From assembly GCA_030248215.1 (NCBI GenBank), contig JASANG010003752.1, positions 558,001 through 622,000 on the forward strand: a stretch of 64,000 bases of DNA, in the 5' to 3' direction. A program made the translations under genes and the position numbers. This stretch comes from Enoplolaimus lenunculus (lineage: Eukaryota). Below, one piece after another: positions 1 through 13,413 of the stretch. Under the pieces are notes generated by a model. The model saw only the letters and a program-made list of their open reading frames with translations, did not search any database and had not been told where the DNA came from. Every line of letters starts with the position of its first letter. Positions within the stretch are counted from its first letter, which is position 1.

Positions 1-864
1 ATCATATTTGGTTCATTGATCTATTGTAGACCACAAGGATTTTGCCAGCTTTTTCTGAATTGGCAAAGATGTTTGTGTATAGTACTTAAGACTCTGTTTC
101 ATGTAATTTATGACATTCGTGTGCTTAGATTTTTATATATAAACACGTGTGTTTAAAGGAGATAATAGTTTTAATATGGCTATTGGTTAGTTAATATTTT
201 TTCATATCCGGATATCAGGTGCCTATACATGATCGCAGTCTGGTATTTGGATACATGATCGCAGTCTGGTATTTGGCCTTCCTTATCCAGAATTGTGGCA
301 GGCGCGTAACCTAGATTTTCAATTTGAAGGGGTCTAGAGGTAGCCAAGTGGCACAGTAAAGGTGAAGATTTGAATTTGCGAGCAAAGCGAGTCCAAAGGT
401 CGGCACACAAACTTAAATATGATGAAATCATCGAGAGCGAAGCGAACCAGAATCTAGACTTTAATTTTTACATGAAATCTATTTGTAATAGTCGAAAATC
501 ATTTCTTGGCCCACGAATCAGGGGTCTAGATCTTCCTGGCTTCTTTGATTGCGTGCTTGAATTGTACACCAGGATTCTGCTGACCCATTTATCTTATGTA
601 GCATTTAGTTAGTAACAGAAGTATGTTTGTACGATCTATTGGCTCTTGCTCTTGCTACGACTCTGTGGCCATCCTGTATTGACCCGAATAAGAGGGGGGA
701 CTGATATTTATTTGGCCCCTCCAGAGGGTATCCCCCTTGTTATTCGGTTATGGACTGTTATTTATTTTTAACCCACGCTCCGCCACCCTTTGTTACTGAT
801 ATATATCCGGTACTGCAACTATCCGTTGAATTAAATGTTTGTTTGTGTTGTGTCTAGCTTGAGC

Positions 865-1558
865 GGCCGATGTTACTATAAAGGCCGTCCCAATTTCCCG
901 GGACACAAATATACCCGGAGTGCACACTTATGCGCTCCTGTTTACATATGCACAAGCAGATATATTTAGGTAGGATATATATACATATCAACTGTCCCAT
1001 TTGTCCCGACTGTCCCATCTGTCCCAACTGTCCCAACTGTACCATCTGTCCCAACTGTCCCATCTGTCCCAACTGGCCCATCTGTCCCAACTGTCCCATC
1101 TGTCCAACTATCTCAACTGTCCCATCTGTTCCATCTGTCCCAACTGTCCCGTTTGTCCCATCTGTCCCAACTATCCCATCTGTCCCATCTGTCCCGTTTG
1201 TCCCAACTGTCCAATCTGTCCCAAGTGTCCCATCTGTCCCAACTCTCCCATCTGTCCCAACTGTCCCAAGTGTCCCAACTGTCCCAACTATCGCATCTGT
1301 CCCATCTGTCCCAACTGTTCCATCTGTCCCAACTGTCCCATCTGTCCCGCTGTCCCAGCTGTCCCAACTGTCCCATATGTCCTAGCCGTCCCAACTGTCC
1401 CATCTGTCCCACTGTCTCATCTGTCCCAATTGTCCCGCTGTCCCAATTATATTTTTTGAATGTACTCCTGGTACATTGCTGTCCCGGGAAAATGGTACGG
1501 TACTCCTGGTACATTTCTGTCCCGGGAAAATGGGACGGCCTTTAAAGTAACATTGGCC
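865..1558. mobile_element. GGCC-ended (Merlin-like) MITE carrying a 9-bp minisatellite
   Basis: About 60-bp imperfect TIR GGCC(G/A)ATGTTACT..AAGGCCGTCCCA; perfect 8-bp TSD GCTTGAGC (857-864, 1559-1566). Confidence 0.85.
990..1447. repeat. 9-bp minisatellite (CTGTCCCAW)n
   Basis: About 50 degenerate units read directly. Confidence 0.95.
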
Positions 1559-1844
1559 GCTTGAGCGATAATGCAAGGTTATACTTTGGAATGTACTTTC
1601 AAAACTTAAGTACGCTTTAAAATTTCGAAGTCAAATTATTTGGACCTGGAGACATTTATGCGCTACAATTAGGGATAATTAACATTTATGGACTCTAACT
1701 AAGGTTTAAGGACTTTATCCGCTTACGGACTCTTATTAGGGATACGGACTCCTATTGATCGGGACTCAAAATGGGGACCCCCTTCTTATTATCCCCCTCC
1801 TCTTATTCGGGTCAATACAGTATGCATTAGCAAGCTAGTTTTTT

Positions 1845-2016
1845 AAATACGCCGAAGGGGCGTAACAGTAGATTAGCGTATTCGTAAGCCTAAAGCGTTG
1901 CAAAAATGAGTTCCTAAGCCTAAGCCTAAGTGTAAGCAAAAATGAAATCTAGAATGTAAACCTACTCTTTTACAGACCCACCAGAAACCTGAACGCCCCT
2001 TAAAGTAACATGGGCC
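1845..2016. mobile_element. TTAGGC-carrying Merlin-like MITE
   Basis: AAAGTAACATGGGCC end, (GCCTAA)n core, AGTTTTTT on both flanks. Confidence 0.7.
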
Positions 2017-2651
2017 AGTTTTTTATATTCACAAGACGATTGGCCAACTGGTAATAGATGCTATCTATATTTTGAGAATACGAGTATAAATCTTCGACCA
2101 TTTGTTGTTTGCTACTGTTGTGCAAGCCTTTGGAGATGTATGTCAGTATTTTCAAATCTGTATAGCACCTATCACCAGTTGACGATAGATCCTGTAAGGT
2201 TTCGAGAAAGCCAATGGAGAGCTTCAACATTTGGCATTTTAAACTTGGCATGTGTTCCTTGTAAGCAGAGTTTGACAATTGTAGCTGTTTCACATTCATA
2301 GTTTGAAAACTTATTGATAACTGGTAATAGGTATGGTATGACAGCAATTAGCCAGTCTGAAAATTTTTTTGGGAAAACTGGAAAAGTTCCTTTAATTAGC
2401 TACGAATTATCATTTATGTTTCGTATTTGAAGCATGCTACGCTCTTCCAGGGCTAACCAGACAACAGTGTTTAAATAGGAGCGTTATGCTAAAATCATTT
2501 CTCTACCATTGTTTGCCTGGAGTATATCAAAGGTGTTAAAACAAACAATTAAGCTGTGGTCATTTTGAGTAGTATTCGGTTTCATTTTATAACTCAAAAT
2601 ATGTGGATGGTAAACAATGAGTCAAATATGTAAATATTTGTTAGACAATAA

Positions 2652-2821
2652 CAGACCCGTAGCCAGCTCAACTTGCTACAGGGGCCTAAACATTTTACAG
2701 GAGGGGCATACAATGGTTTTCGTTGACTTAACGAGAAAGGTTGAAAATTTTCTAGGGGTGGCCAAAATTCTTCCAGGAGATTTGAGCACCTCCAACCTGG
2801 CCCCCTTCTGGCTTGTGCCTG
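2652..2821 (+). mobile_element. hAT-like MITE (CAGGCCCGTAGCCAG family)
   Basis: Family seen about 10 times in window; CAG..CTG ends; flanks gacaataa/gacaaaga. Confidence 0.7.
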
Positions 2822-2948
2822 GACAAAGACCAATCAGGACCTTGGAAAACTCAACATGCTAAAGAGGACTAACTATTCAGGAAGGGCATGCAGGAATTAC
2901 AAATCTTTTACAAGCGAGATTTATCTTGTAATAGGGGCAACATTTTTC

Positions 2949-3157
2949 AGCCCATGCTCAGAACAGGGCCGGAACGTTTTCCGGCGGGACTGTAATAGAG
3001 TATGCTCTAGCTTTAGACTAATTCTTTTGCTTAGGCTTAGGCTTAGGCTTAGGCTTAGGTATAGGCTCATTCTTACGTTTAGGTTTAGGCTTAGGCTTAT
3101 GCTTAGGCTAAGCAATATGCTTACACTACTGTTCCGGCCGTGTTCTACACATTGGCC
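2949..3157. mobile_element. TTAGGC-carrying Merlin-like MITE
   Basis: TIR GCCCATG..GAACAGGGCCGGAAC / GTTCCGGCCGTGTTCTACACATTGGCC; (TTAGGC)n core. Confidence 0.8.
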
Positions 3158-5757
3158 AAATTTTCTATTGGTTAAGGTCGTCGGGTTCTCCCTTCTGCCC
3201 TTACGCTATTGAGGACATTACCAACTTTTTGGGTATAGCAAAGATAGCGATTTGCGTTGAGTCGAGTCCAAACACATGAATGGTTGGTGAGACTGTAAGA
3301 CAAAATTGACATATCTTTAACAATACCTTACTTTGAGGTATGCCACAGCGACGCGCGGCGACTTACGGCGGCGTCAGAATAATCACAGCTACATTTAGCA
3401 ATTCAGGCATCCTTACAATAACACGAATTAATTCAGATCGCATGGTTCCAAATCCTTCGCGCCCATCTCGTTACGCTGCTAATCTTAATACTAAACCGAT
3501 GACCACACTAAGTCTTTAATGTTTCGTGGGCCAGTGCTTCAGTCTAAATGGTAGATATATGGTAGAGGTAACTGGGGGTATACTTTACCCGTTCAGAAGT
3601 TGGTTTATGCAATGGAAATCGCCAGACCGTCAGATCCGAATCAGGTATAAAATTAGTAAACTGTTTTATTTCATTTAATCAGGATATTATTTTGGCAAGA
3701 ATAATGTGCATAAAAGCGATTACGTAACCGCTGACTGTTGCGCAAGGATTAGCTAAACCCGCGTGTGTGCACATTTTTCGTCCATGAAAACTCAACTGTT
3801 GTGAAGTAATACTCAGCCAAATTAAAAATTCATATTTGAAATCCGCCGCTTATAGCGCAACATCGTTGCATTTTTGACAATGATATTTCAAACTACTAAC
3901 AGATGTACGAGTTTTTGAAATATTTTCAAATTTAAATTCAAACGAATCAAAGTTTTATGGTTCTGTTAAAATGGGTTGTTTTATTTCGTGTCATTAAAGT
4001 CGAGTTTAACGAGTGATTCATTTTGCAGTCTGTTTTATTATATAATTTGGTCTAAGCTCACGGTAGGCGGGCGGTGGTGTATCAATTCAATAAACCTTAG
4101 CTTATAGATATTTCAGGTAAAATTGTTATAAACCAAATTCCAAACGCAAGTCTAAGCCTATTAGACGTCGAAGAAAATTCAACACTGGTTTACTAATAGC
4201 GGTAAATGTGGCACAATTTCATGTTGAGCAAGTCAAGGTATATATGTCGTAGCCCGAGCCATAATTCAGCCAGATTCCAAATTGGGCTAGTCCAAAGTGG
4301 AATTACAACTTCGGCTAGCATAAGACGGAATCATGTCTTATAAAGCTGTGCGTAATCGGATTGGTTACAGCTTTAAAAACAAACTGCTTGGTAGCTAACA
4401 GGTCGTGATTACTTGGCCAATTAGGAAAGTCATCAGCCAGTCGTATTTGAGTATGGCTTTAAGGTAGTAACCAATCACAAGGCGTACATTTGTAGCAGAG
4501 AAAGAAGTACGCCGTAGGCTAGCACAAATCGTAATTCCGCGCCGGACTAGCCCAGTAAACACATAGTGCTAAAGAAGACGTTGAAACAATTTGATGTCAA
4601 TTCAGATTCACAAGCATTACCGGTTTCGTGTAAGATTTTACCGATTTGTATTTACTAACGAATAAAGCATAGGACTTGCCGCTGAAAATTTTCACAATGA
4701 TGGTAGCAAGAAAGTCGTTTGGCTGATGTGTAAACTTTAAGCTGCCAATACTTCAAAGCTAACCTCTAACAACGAATAAAATTTGGTCTAGAAGCCTTTG
4801 CTTTAGTAAAAAGTTGTATCGTTACGCTGAATGTTAGGCTTAGTCTTAGTAATATTCTTAGCGCAAAATGACCAGAGATACGAGTGCTTTACAGCGAAGC
4901 TACTTGAGTTTCTAATATTACACGAGGAAATGCAACATTTTGCGATGAGTTAGCAGTTGTGTTTGAATTTGATTATTTTGTTATTTCAGCTTACTTCAAA
5001 CATTCTGTGACGTATTTGAAACGCTTTGTATCAATAATATATAAAAATTCTAACTCACAGCAGCGTGTATTAATTGTTTTTTCTGTGTAAAATTTTGAAC
5101 GGATATAAAATTTTGTTGAAAAGTCTACTTTGTAGTGTGAACAACGCTCTTAGAATTTGCGGTTGAGTTCCAAAGACTGAATTTTAAAACTGGCATACTG
5201 GGATGAGTAACGTAGATTTTGTGAAATTTTAATATCTGTGCCTTGTAGTGACTCGAAAACATTGGTGGGTGTAGTAACTTCTGACGTGAGCTATGAGATA
5301 TGTAATGATAAGCAGGCGAGCGAACCGAGCAAGAAACCAAGCACAATTAAGACTTATTTTGGTTACGATCCCATTTGGAAAGGACATAGCCTGAGTAGCC
5401 CCTTCTTATATCCGCCAGTGTCCGGAAACATAGCAATGCATAAATCCACAAATGTCTTATAACAGTCATGCAACCAATGGCCCATAATGCTTTGACGGGC
5501 ATACCATATTACTTTCGCGGAAGTATTATAGAGAAAGCTTAAAGCTTTAGACTAATTTTTTTGCTTAGGCTTAGGTTTTAAGGCTAGGCTTTAGTTATAG
5601 ACTTAGATCCTTAAACTGAGGATTAGGCGTAGGCTTAGTTTTTTCTAAATACATAAGCTACTGTTACGCCTCTCAATGTAACAGTTAGCCGAACACGAAA
5701 CCGTTTCTCTGAAATTATTTTCTATATCTTTTTTGGTGGGAGATCAAAAATGAATTA

Positions 5758-6047
5758 AGCCCCATTCACACGTGCAAGTTTTTGCAGGCAAAAACTTTTG
5801 TACGTGCAACTTGCATGTGAAAGCTTGGTCACAAAGCAGGTTTGAAGTTCTTGCAGCTGCAAAATATTCACAGGAATTCTTGCTTTTGAATTCAATTCTC
5901 ACCAGTAAACGCAGTTGCAAGTCACTTGAATTTCTTGCACCTGCAGTTTGATTGCTCAATCGGAATGTTCTTTTGAAAATATTTGTATTTCGTGTAAGTT
6001 GCAGCTTCGAGTTCTCGCTGCAAAAACTTGCACGTGTGAATAAAGCT
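5758..6047. mobile_element. PIF/Harbinger-like MITE
   Basis: TIR AGCCCCATTCACACGTGCAAGTTTTTGC; TTA on both flanks; second copy at 45550..45823. Confidence 0.75.
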
Positions 6048-6809
6048 TTACTGAATTATACATGTAATGTGTAACGTTTTTTGACTTACGGCCAAACAAA
6101 GCTTGTGTATTTTTTCACACATTGTTTGTAAGCTCAACAATCCTACTTAGATGAGTGCTTTAGCAGATTAAATTCTACTTATACAATCGTTTAGAGCTCT
6201 AAATCGAGATGGGAGAGTAGATTTATTTGTCGCAAAATTACGGGTCGGGGTCCCCTAAGTCTGCCCCTCTTGAGCTAACAACATTCCCTCGTTCTCATAG
6301 CACAGTACAAAATTAGGCCTGTAGCCAGCTTATTTTGCTATGGAAGCTAAAAATTTTCAGGAGCGGCATACAAGGGTTTTCGTTGACTTTTACAAGCAAA
6401 TTTGAAAATATTCAAGGGTACCAAAATTTTTCACTCCTGGTCCCCCTTAACTACGGGTTCGTTCAGAGCTCCGGTTCACTCAAACAGTGGTCATGACTTG
6501 CTATTTAGCATAAATGAAAAGCGCAATATGTCACAAATATAGATCATACAAACCAACTATGGTTCTTATATTTGAGTTGTAAGAAAAGCTGTCATGGTTT
6601 GGGTTTTGTTTGTAAATCAGACATCTGTCAGCAATTTTAAAATATCTCGTTTTTCCCAAATGAAACTGAATCGGTTGAGAAAGCTGGTTTGAAAACTAAA
6701 ATTGTCATTTTTAACTGCAAGGAGATAAAGTATAAACGAAAAGCGCTTATATAAACACAGTTAATCCTGTTCGATGTCGTATTTACCGGCTGCTTTTACT
6801 TGGCTTCAC

Positions 6810-6981
6810 CAGGTCCGTAGCCAGCTCACCTTTCTGGCGGGAGTTAAAAAATTTTCAGGTGGACCATTTAAAGGTTTTCAATGACTTACAAGCAATGTTG
6901 AAAATCTTCTAGAGGGGGCCAAAATTTTTCTAGGAGGGCTTAGCCACCCCCCTGGCCCCCATGCCCTTGGCTACGGGCCCG
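6810..6981 (+). mobile_element. hAT-like MITE (CAGGCCCGTAGCCAG family)
   Basis: CAGGTCCGTAGCCA / TGGCTACGGGCCCG TIR. Confidence 0.75.
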
Positions 6982-8713
6982 GACTGGACACTTCAGTATA
7001 TTAATAGTTTTACGCATTTGTATTAATATTAAAACGTGTCTGTAGCGAACGAAAGGCCAGCAGGAGATCATTCCAAAAAAGAGTTTGACCTGTTTTCTAG
7101 AAAATTTTCTACTTCGTTAGTAATTTTGTGCCTCCAAAAAAATTATTAGCATTCCGACTAAATTAAAATAATCAAAAGTATAGCGGCATCCTTGGTGTTT
7201 GGTTTCGTACAATTGAAGCAGGCTTAGTAAACATTTAGAATTCAATTCGTTGAGTTTTAAACGCTACACATAGTTTTAATCTGCGTTTCAGCTGCTTATC
7301 AGTTGAATTACTTATCAGTTTGTATACCGATTTAGCTTCTTATTCAGAATTTTGACGTTACCACCGTGTCGTAACAAGTGTGTGGAGAGTAGACAAATCG
7401 ACGAGGGGGTGAAAGAAAGCAATGGTCATTCAACGAGATTGCAAAGAATATCTTACAGTAATTCAATTTAGCTGACACAAACTGATTTTACGTGCAAGCT
7501 ATATATACAACAACTGTAACGACCGTTAAACTGAATTCCTTATTAAGCTCGTCACAATTAGTCCGGACAGTAACCAGTTTTACACGCTTGGGAATGCAAA
7601 AAAATCCCCTTGGGGGTGGGGTGCATGTGAGAGGGCATGTAAGGATTTCACATGACTTAATATGTGGGGCTAAACTACAACAAGGATCTACGTCCGGGGT
7701 GAGCCATACTGTCCCCCCGTTGAGTCTACGGCCCATAAGCATTCAATTTAAAATTAATAGTGTTTCCAGGTCATTTTCTTTCACAAAGCACAACCTGGTG
7801 CAATAAACTATTTCAAAGTCTCAAACACATCAGTCAGTCGCCTGTCTAGTGCTTCTCTGCAAATTAGCGCTGCGAAGAAGATATTCTGTTACAGGAGGCG
7901 AGAGCCGTTTCTACATGAAGCTAGAAAAAACAATTTTCATAACATACAATTCTTTAACTGGTGTGGAAAGTTCTCGCCAGACAGGCGTAGATATCCACAA
8001 ATGGAGACGGCACCTTTTGTCCTCGTCTCCCGTAGCTACATTTCTGATGCTAACGCAGTCAAATCTTGGTTTCAGGTTTACGATACGGAATTCAATTTTC
8101 TTTCAAATTTAATTTCCTTATTCGACAAATCTTCAAGTAACTCTTTGTTGAACTCGTGTCTTTGACTATGTTTGGAGGTTTAAGTTTGATATTGACAGTG
8201 ATATTATTGTCACAGACTAGTTGTGTGAACCAATATGACTACCAGCTGTTCCGCTTCCGATAAACCAGTATTACTTGTAGATATATACATATATATATGT
8301 AATATATACATATATGTTATATATATAACATATATAGGTATATATTTAAATATGGTAAAATTATGCAAACTTTTACTACCGAACTTTCTGTAACCTCCGG
8401 TACAAATTCTACCGAAGGCGAAAACGGAGGAAGACGTCCGGTTCCGCCCTGCTGTGAACTAAACCACTGACAGCTTGCATTAACAAATAAGCACGAACCT
8501 TTTTAAACGCAGAGTTACTAGAGATGCCAAGGTTTGCAATTCGGTAAGGTGGGTAAGCTCGAATATTTGATCTGTGAAGTAACACCAAATTATATTCAGA
8601 ATAACGCACGGCAACATTTTATCAGTTCATTCAAGTACCACAGATATGATGGCCCATGTAAAGATCAGCGGCGGAGCGATTTTCTGCGGGACTGCAATAG
8701 AGTAAGCTTTTAA

Positions 8714-9302
8714 CCCTTTCACTCATAGAGTATATATACATTGAGCAAATAATACACGAGCAATACAGACACTGATAGCAGTGTTGAACAATTCTGACCA
8801 GGGTACAACCGAAGGTAAAAATGGCGCAGCCGGAGCCGGTCGTCAGCGAAACTTGCCGGAGCCGGAGCCGGAGGTAAGGCGGAATTAGGTAGTGAAAATG
8901 ATGGTTAATTAGTTAAAATTTTAGGCAATATCTGCAATATGATGTTAAGTTGTTTGGTTTTACGTTAATTTCCTGCGAAACTTCGGAAATACTTTCTTGG
9001 AAATTGTGACAAATGTAAAACGATACGCGCTAAACAGATAAATTTTGGCAAATATTCTACCGGAGCCGGAGTCGAAGGCCGATTTTCCGCCGGAGCCGGA
9101 GGCAGACCTCAGGTTGTACCCTGATTCTAACATATGAGAAGTGCAAAACTTTCACAAGACGTGAGAGACCCCTCTGGCTCAAGCGTCAGGCTCCTATGAC
9201 TTAGTGGTCACCGTAAACGCCTCCCAACCGTGAAACTGTGGATCGAATCTTACATTGATCATACATCTCGTATCAAATTGAAAATATCCGTATGAGAAAA
9301 GG
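8714..9302. mobile_element. piggyBac-like MITE
   Basis: TTAA|CCCTTTCACTCATA ... TATGAGAAAAGG|TTAA. Confidence 0.65.
8799..9123 (+). mobile_element. hAT-like MITE with GCCGGA subterminal repeats
   Basis: TIR CAGGGTACAACC/GGTTGTACCCTG; TSD attctgac/attctaac. Confidence 0.85.
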
Positions 9303-10282
9303 TTAAGTTAAGACTATTTTTTGCAAGGCTTGTTCTTATGCTTATGTGGAAGCGCATTCTTAATCTTAGGCTTAAACAAAGGTTTATGAATATGCTTATA
9401 CTACTGTTGCGGCCCAGTTATAAATTGAACGAATTGACAATGCATGGTTACCTTGCATAAAGGAAATATATATACTTTTACTAGTTTGGTGCTTAAAGTA
9501 ACGTCTCGTATATTCAAGTTTCTTTAATCTGCTGATGTCGACGCTAGACATTGCGCAGCCTTTAACTTACCTGAATGCTCTCTTAGTATTTTTAAGCGAA
9601 TGGATGTAAAAGAACGCAAATAAGACGCTAAAATGAATGAAACAGCAGATCAACTATCAAAATGACCGCTATTGATTTTTTGAATGGCAGATCAAATTTA
9701 AACCCGCATTTAGCAACTAAAAGTCTTTCGTTCATAAAATTACGCTCTCGTTTATGTTTATTTGAGGATTGGCCGGTGCAAATTAAACACAACGAGCGCT
9801 GTGTGAAAATTTATTTATTAGCGATTAAAATATATCTATTTTAGATTCGTTTGGCATTTGAGCAATTGTATATTCTGTCTCAAAAGCTTATATTAAATTG
9901 AAATACGAGCATCGAATAAGCGCTACTGAGAGGCTATAAACAACATTTAATTGGCTAATATTGTTTATCAAACGATTGCAGTATCATGTGCATTCAGCGC
10001 TGCTGCAAGTGTCGGAATTATGTTCCCATCCGGTTTGCTACCAGAACGTTCTAGGATGGGTAAGGCGAAAAATTAAATAATGGGCTAGCGGTAGGGTGTA
10101 AGCGGATAGCAAAAATAACGAAAACGGATATTGATGTACAAAAATTTTCAACGATATTTTATTTTCTGCGAACACAGCTGAGGCATGCAAACATTCATCA
10201 TGCTTCGTAACATTAAAAAAGTGGAAACACGAAAATTTTGCTACATTTTGGATCTTTACAGAACACCTTACAAGGAGGGTAC

Positions 10283-10445
10283 GGCCCATGTATACAACAG
10301 GGCCGGAACAGAGAGTATAAGCATATTCCTAAGCCTAAGCCCAACCCTAAGCCTAAGTGTAATCAAGAAACGCTAGTTTAAAGGTTATTCTGATTCAATT
10401 ACAGCCCCGCCGGAAAACGATCCGGCCCTGTTCGATACATTGGCC
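10283..10445. mobile_element. TTAGGC-carrying Merlin-like MITE
   Basis: GGCCCATG..CATTGGCC ends; flanks gagggtac/gagggtcg. Confidence 0.8.
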
Positions 10446-11087
10446 GAGGGTCGGGGGGAATTTGATGCCATAGCTGCGGCCATGCAGATAGAGAAAAAGA
10501 GCGAAATAAGATATGTTCGCATTTCATACTGAATGTTTGCTTGCGCTAAGCAATGCGCGTAAATTTCATTGGTTCAGTTCATAAATTTCAAATGTCCCCT
10601 CAGCCAATCGGTCTTAAACCATGTTACAAAGCTTTTCTACTGGTTCTTATAATTTCAGAAATGCTTATCGCCTCTTTAGTGGATATGGCGGCAGCTCCAG
10701 CCTGTGAACTTGCAAGAATATTCCACTGAAGAATATTTTTAAAAACTAAATTTATCATAATTTTTCAAAATTGCTCTGGCGATTAATTTTTAGAACAGCG
10801 TAGGTTAGTGAAAGGCATCGGATATTTTTCATATCCGGATATCTGGATATCCGGTGTTCATCTATACCGTCGGTAGGCTCCTACATCATCTTAATCAAAT
10901 TCATTTATCGGTGTTTTTATTGTGGATGCCGGTCTCAACCAAAAACCCCCGCGTTCTTCCGTGTTACATTAGATATTTTATTGTTCTTTTTGCGCTCATA
11001 AAACGATTTTAGATTTTAATGTTGATTTGACATTAGTGTGGTGTATGCAGCAGTTGTAACAAATTATACGTGTCAAATGATTGCTAT

Positions 11088-11259
11088 TCAGGTCCGTAGC
11101 CAGCTCACATTGCTATCAGGTGCTAAAAAATACGAGGAACATACAAGTGTTTTGGTTGAGTTTCAAGCTAGGTTGAAAAATTTTCCAGGAGATGGGGGCG
11201 ACAAAATTTGTTCAGGGAGTGGTTCAGCCCCGTGACACCCACCCCGTTGGTTACGGCCC
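11088..11259 (+). mobile_element. hAT-like MITE (CAGGCCCGTAGCCAG family)
   Basis: Similarity to 6810 and 23299 copies. Confidence 0.65.
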
Positions 11260-13413
11260 TATTGTTAATCTATAGCGCAGCCACGTTTTTCATTCAGGGA
11301 GGGACATGTCAGTTATATACGTAATATGCAATGGTATTTGTTTTAAGTCTGTCACACCAAACATTTAACAGGTATAGTATTGTAAAAACCATTGGAGAAG
11401 ACCACTCCCGCCATGGCCACAAGTCTGGCTACGTCCTTGTTTGTAATTTCATCGTAGTTCCTAAGGACCCTTGGTTCCATGGTACCACAGCGTACCATTA
11501 ATTTTTAGCCAGTCAAGCGTGATTATTGCTCAAATGTTAAGGCGATAAAAATAGTTTTAATATTTCATGAAATGCTATTTTTTGTGGTGTAAGCGTATTT
11601 TAACGTGAAAATTAAATTTTTAAGCCTTGATTGTTTTCTGTGTAAAAAGGCTGTGTTTTTGCGTTCAGCAGTTGTACTAAAATTTAGTATTGTTCGCGTT
11701 TTGCTAAATTTCAAGATTTCGGTCATTCCAAAGCTTGTAAATGCGCGTTTTTTGTGATCATTTTAGAAATTTCACCAGCGGATATATTTTGTTTTTCCCT
11801 CGTTTTTAAACGTTCCTGATTGGCCATTTGTTTTAAGTTGTCAAAAGTTGACGTCATTGACGTAATTGACACGTGTATGCATTAATACTGACGAATTTCA
11901 ACTTTTAATTCGGTAATTGTAATGTTTTTTTCGAATAATATTACTGTCAATAAATTAATGTTTAATTGATTTTTTATATGGCGGTATTTTTTAAAATTGA
12001 TGACCACGCAACATCTGATCTGTACAGAATCATGCAGTCGCCTGCAATTGTTTCTGCAACAGTTTTTGCGTTCTGCAACAATAACTTGAATCGCACCTTA
12101 ATGGCGATTTTTAAATCTCTGGTCATCAATCGAAATCGGAATTCCGATTCCGATTAGATATCCGATTCAAAACGAGTTCCGATTCTGATTCAAGGTTCAA
12201 TTGCGCAATCCATCGGATTTGAAATTTCCACATTTTAACTTTAGGCCTATTTGTTGGGATATGTTGTATAAAAATTCTGCATCATTTATATGTTAAATTG
12301 TTTTCGATGAGTTAACTTATCAATAATTGATTGTAGTTTAGTTTTACAGAGCCAAAAAATGATTGCCGATTTGTTCGTGAGACGTGTTTGGGAATTGTAG
12401 TCGGACAACCGACACCCTAAATCAATATTATACTTGTTAATACAAATTATCCGTATAGTCGCAAAATATGTAGTTCCGATTATAATTCCGATTCCGGTAT
12501 AAATTTGCTGTTACGATTCCGATTCCGGTATAATCCAGTTCCGCTTTGCACCATCTGGTTATTCTAAGGCCTGTAGAAGGGCCTTTCATCTCATTTGTCG
12601 AGAAATTATTAGATAAATATGTCCCATATATCCCTTCGTTTTTATACGAAGCTTTTGCTGCTGCGATTAAGTTTTTGTCGCGGACTGATCAAGGGACCCG
12701 GGATCGATGTTTTGCTGGAAATGTCAAGCAGACAGGAGGTTAGCAGCTGAGCCTAAAACGGAGGGCCAACAAGTGTTATAAGGTGTATTAATTTTTGAAG
12801 GTAACCAAGCAAATATCACAGAGCATTGTTTAAAAAATCTTTGCCAGTGAAGCAAACAAGAAGCCAGCGCAAATATTTTTACACTAAACGTTTTTAATTC
12901 CTGCACCAATTTTTTGGAAGTCCTGTAACGGTGTCGGTAACATCCCTATACCTTCCCAGGGTGTCGACTGACACACCAGATACCCATGTTCCCGTGTGCT
13001 TGAACTAATCCTTATCTTAAAAAGATTTAACACAGCACGTCTGTGGTGTGATTCCTCCACGCTTGCAGTATCCGCTTCTAAATTTAGTATTTAGAAATAT
13101 GGTCAGTTTAATGTAATCATTTGTGTTAAGTTTGAAAGTTAACTCCAAATCGAAGACTACGGAACGTCAAAACAAGAGGAAAGCATGGTGTGCCGTTGGC
13201 CGTACGATATTTGGGCCCTCAAGATATTTTGGCTCTATAAGGTATGACGCTTCGCGACCCGTGTCATTTTGTCCCCAATAGATATGATGACACTTTGCTC
13301 CCAGCCAAGATATTTGAAACTATTTTGTTGTGAGAAACCTATAGCAGTTACGGGTATGGAAAAATTCAAACCATACTCAAAAACAACAACATATTTGTAT
13401 CGCACGTTTTCTA

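Larger units (their letters stand above)
674..1820. mobile_element. Tc1/pogo-like MITE interrupted by a nested MITE
   Basis: TIR CTGTATTGACCCGAATAAGAGG / CCTCTTATTCGGGTCAATACAG followed by TA; uninterrupted relative at 19754..20193. Confidence 0.75.
8651..9430. mobile_element. Merlin-like TTAGGC MITE split by a piggyBac-like insertion
   Basis: 5' half 8651-8713 and 3' half 9303-9430 match uninterrupted family members. Confidence 0.65.

Noticed and set aside
854..1576. Cys/Pro-rich or LSQLSH ORFs resembling metallothionein or repeat proteins
   Set aside because: All frames are open only because the 9-bp unit lacks stops; the array lies inside a MITE with TIRs and TSD.
3340..3519. 59-aa ORF MPQRRAATYGG..
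   Set aside because: Short, no recognisable motif and no supporting splice structure.
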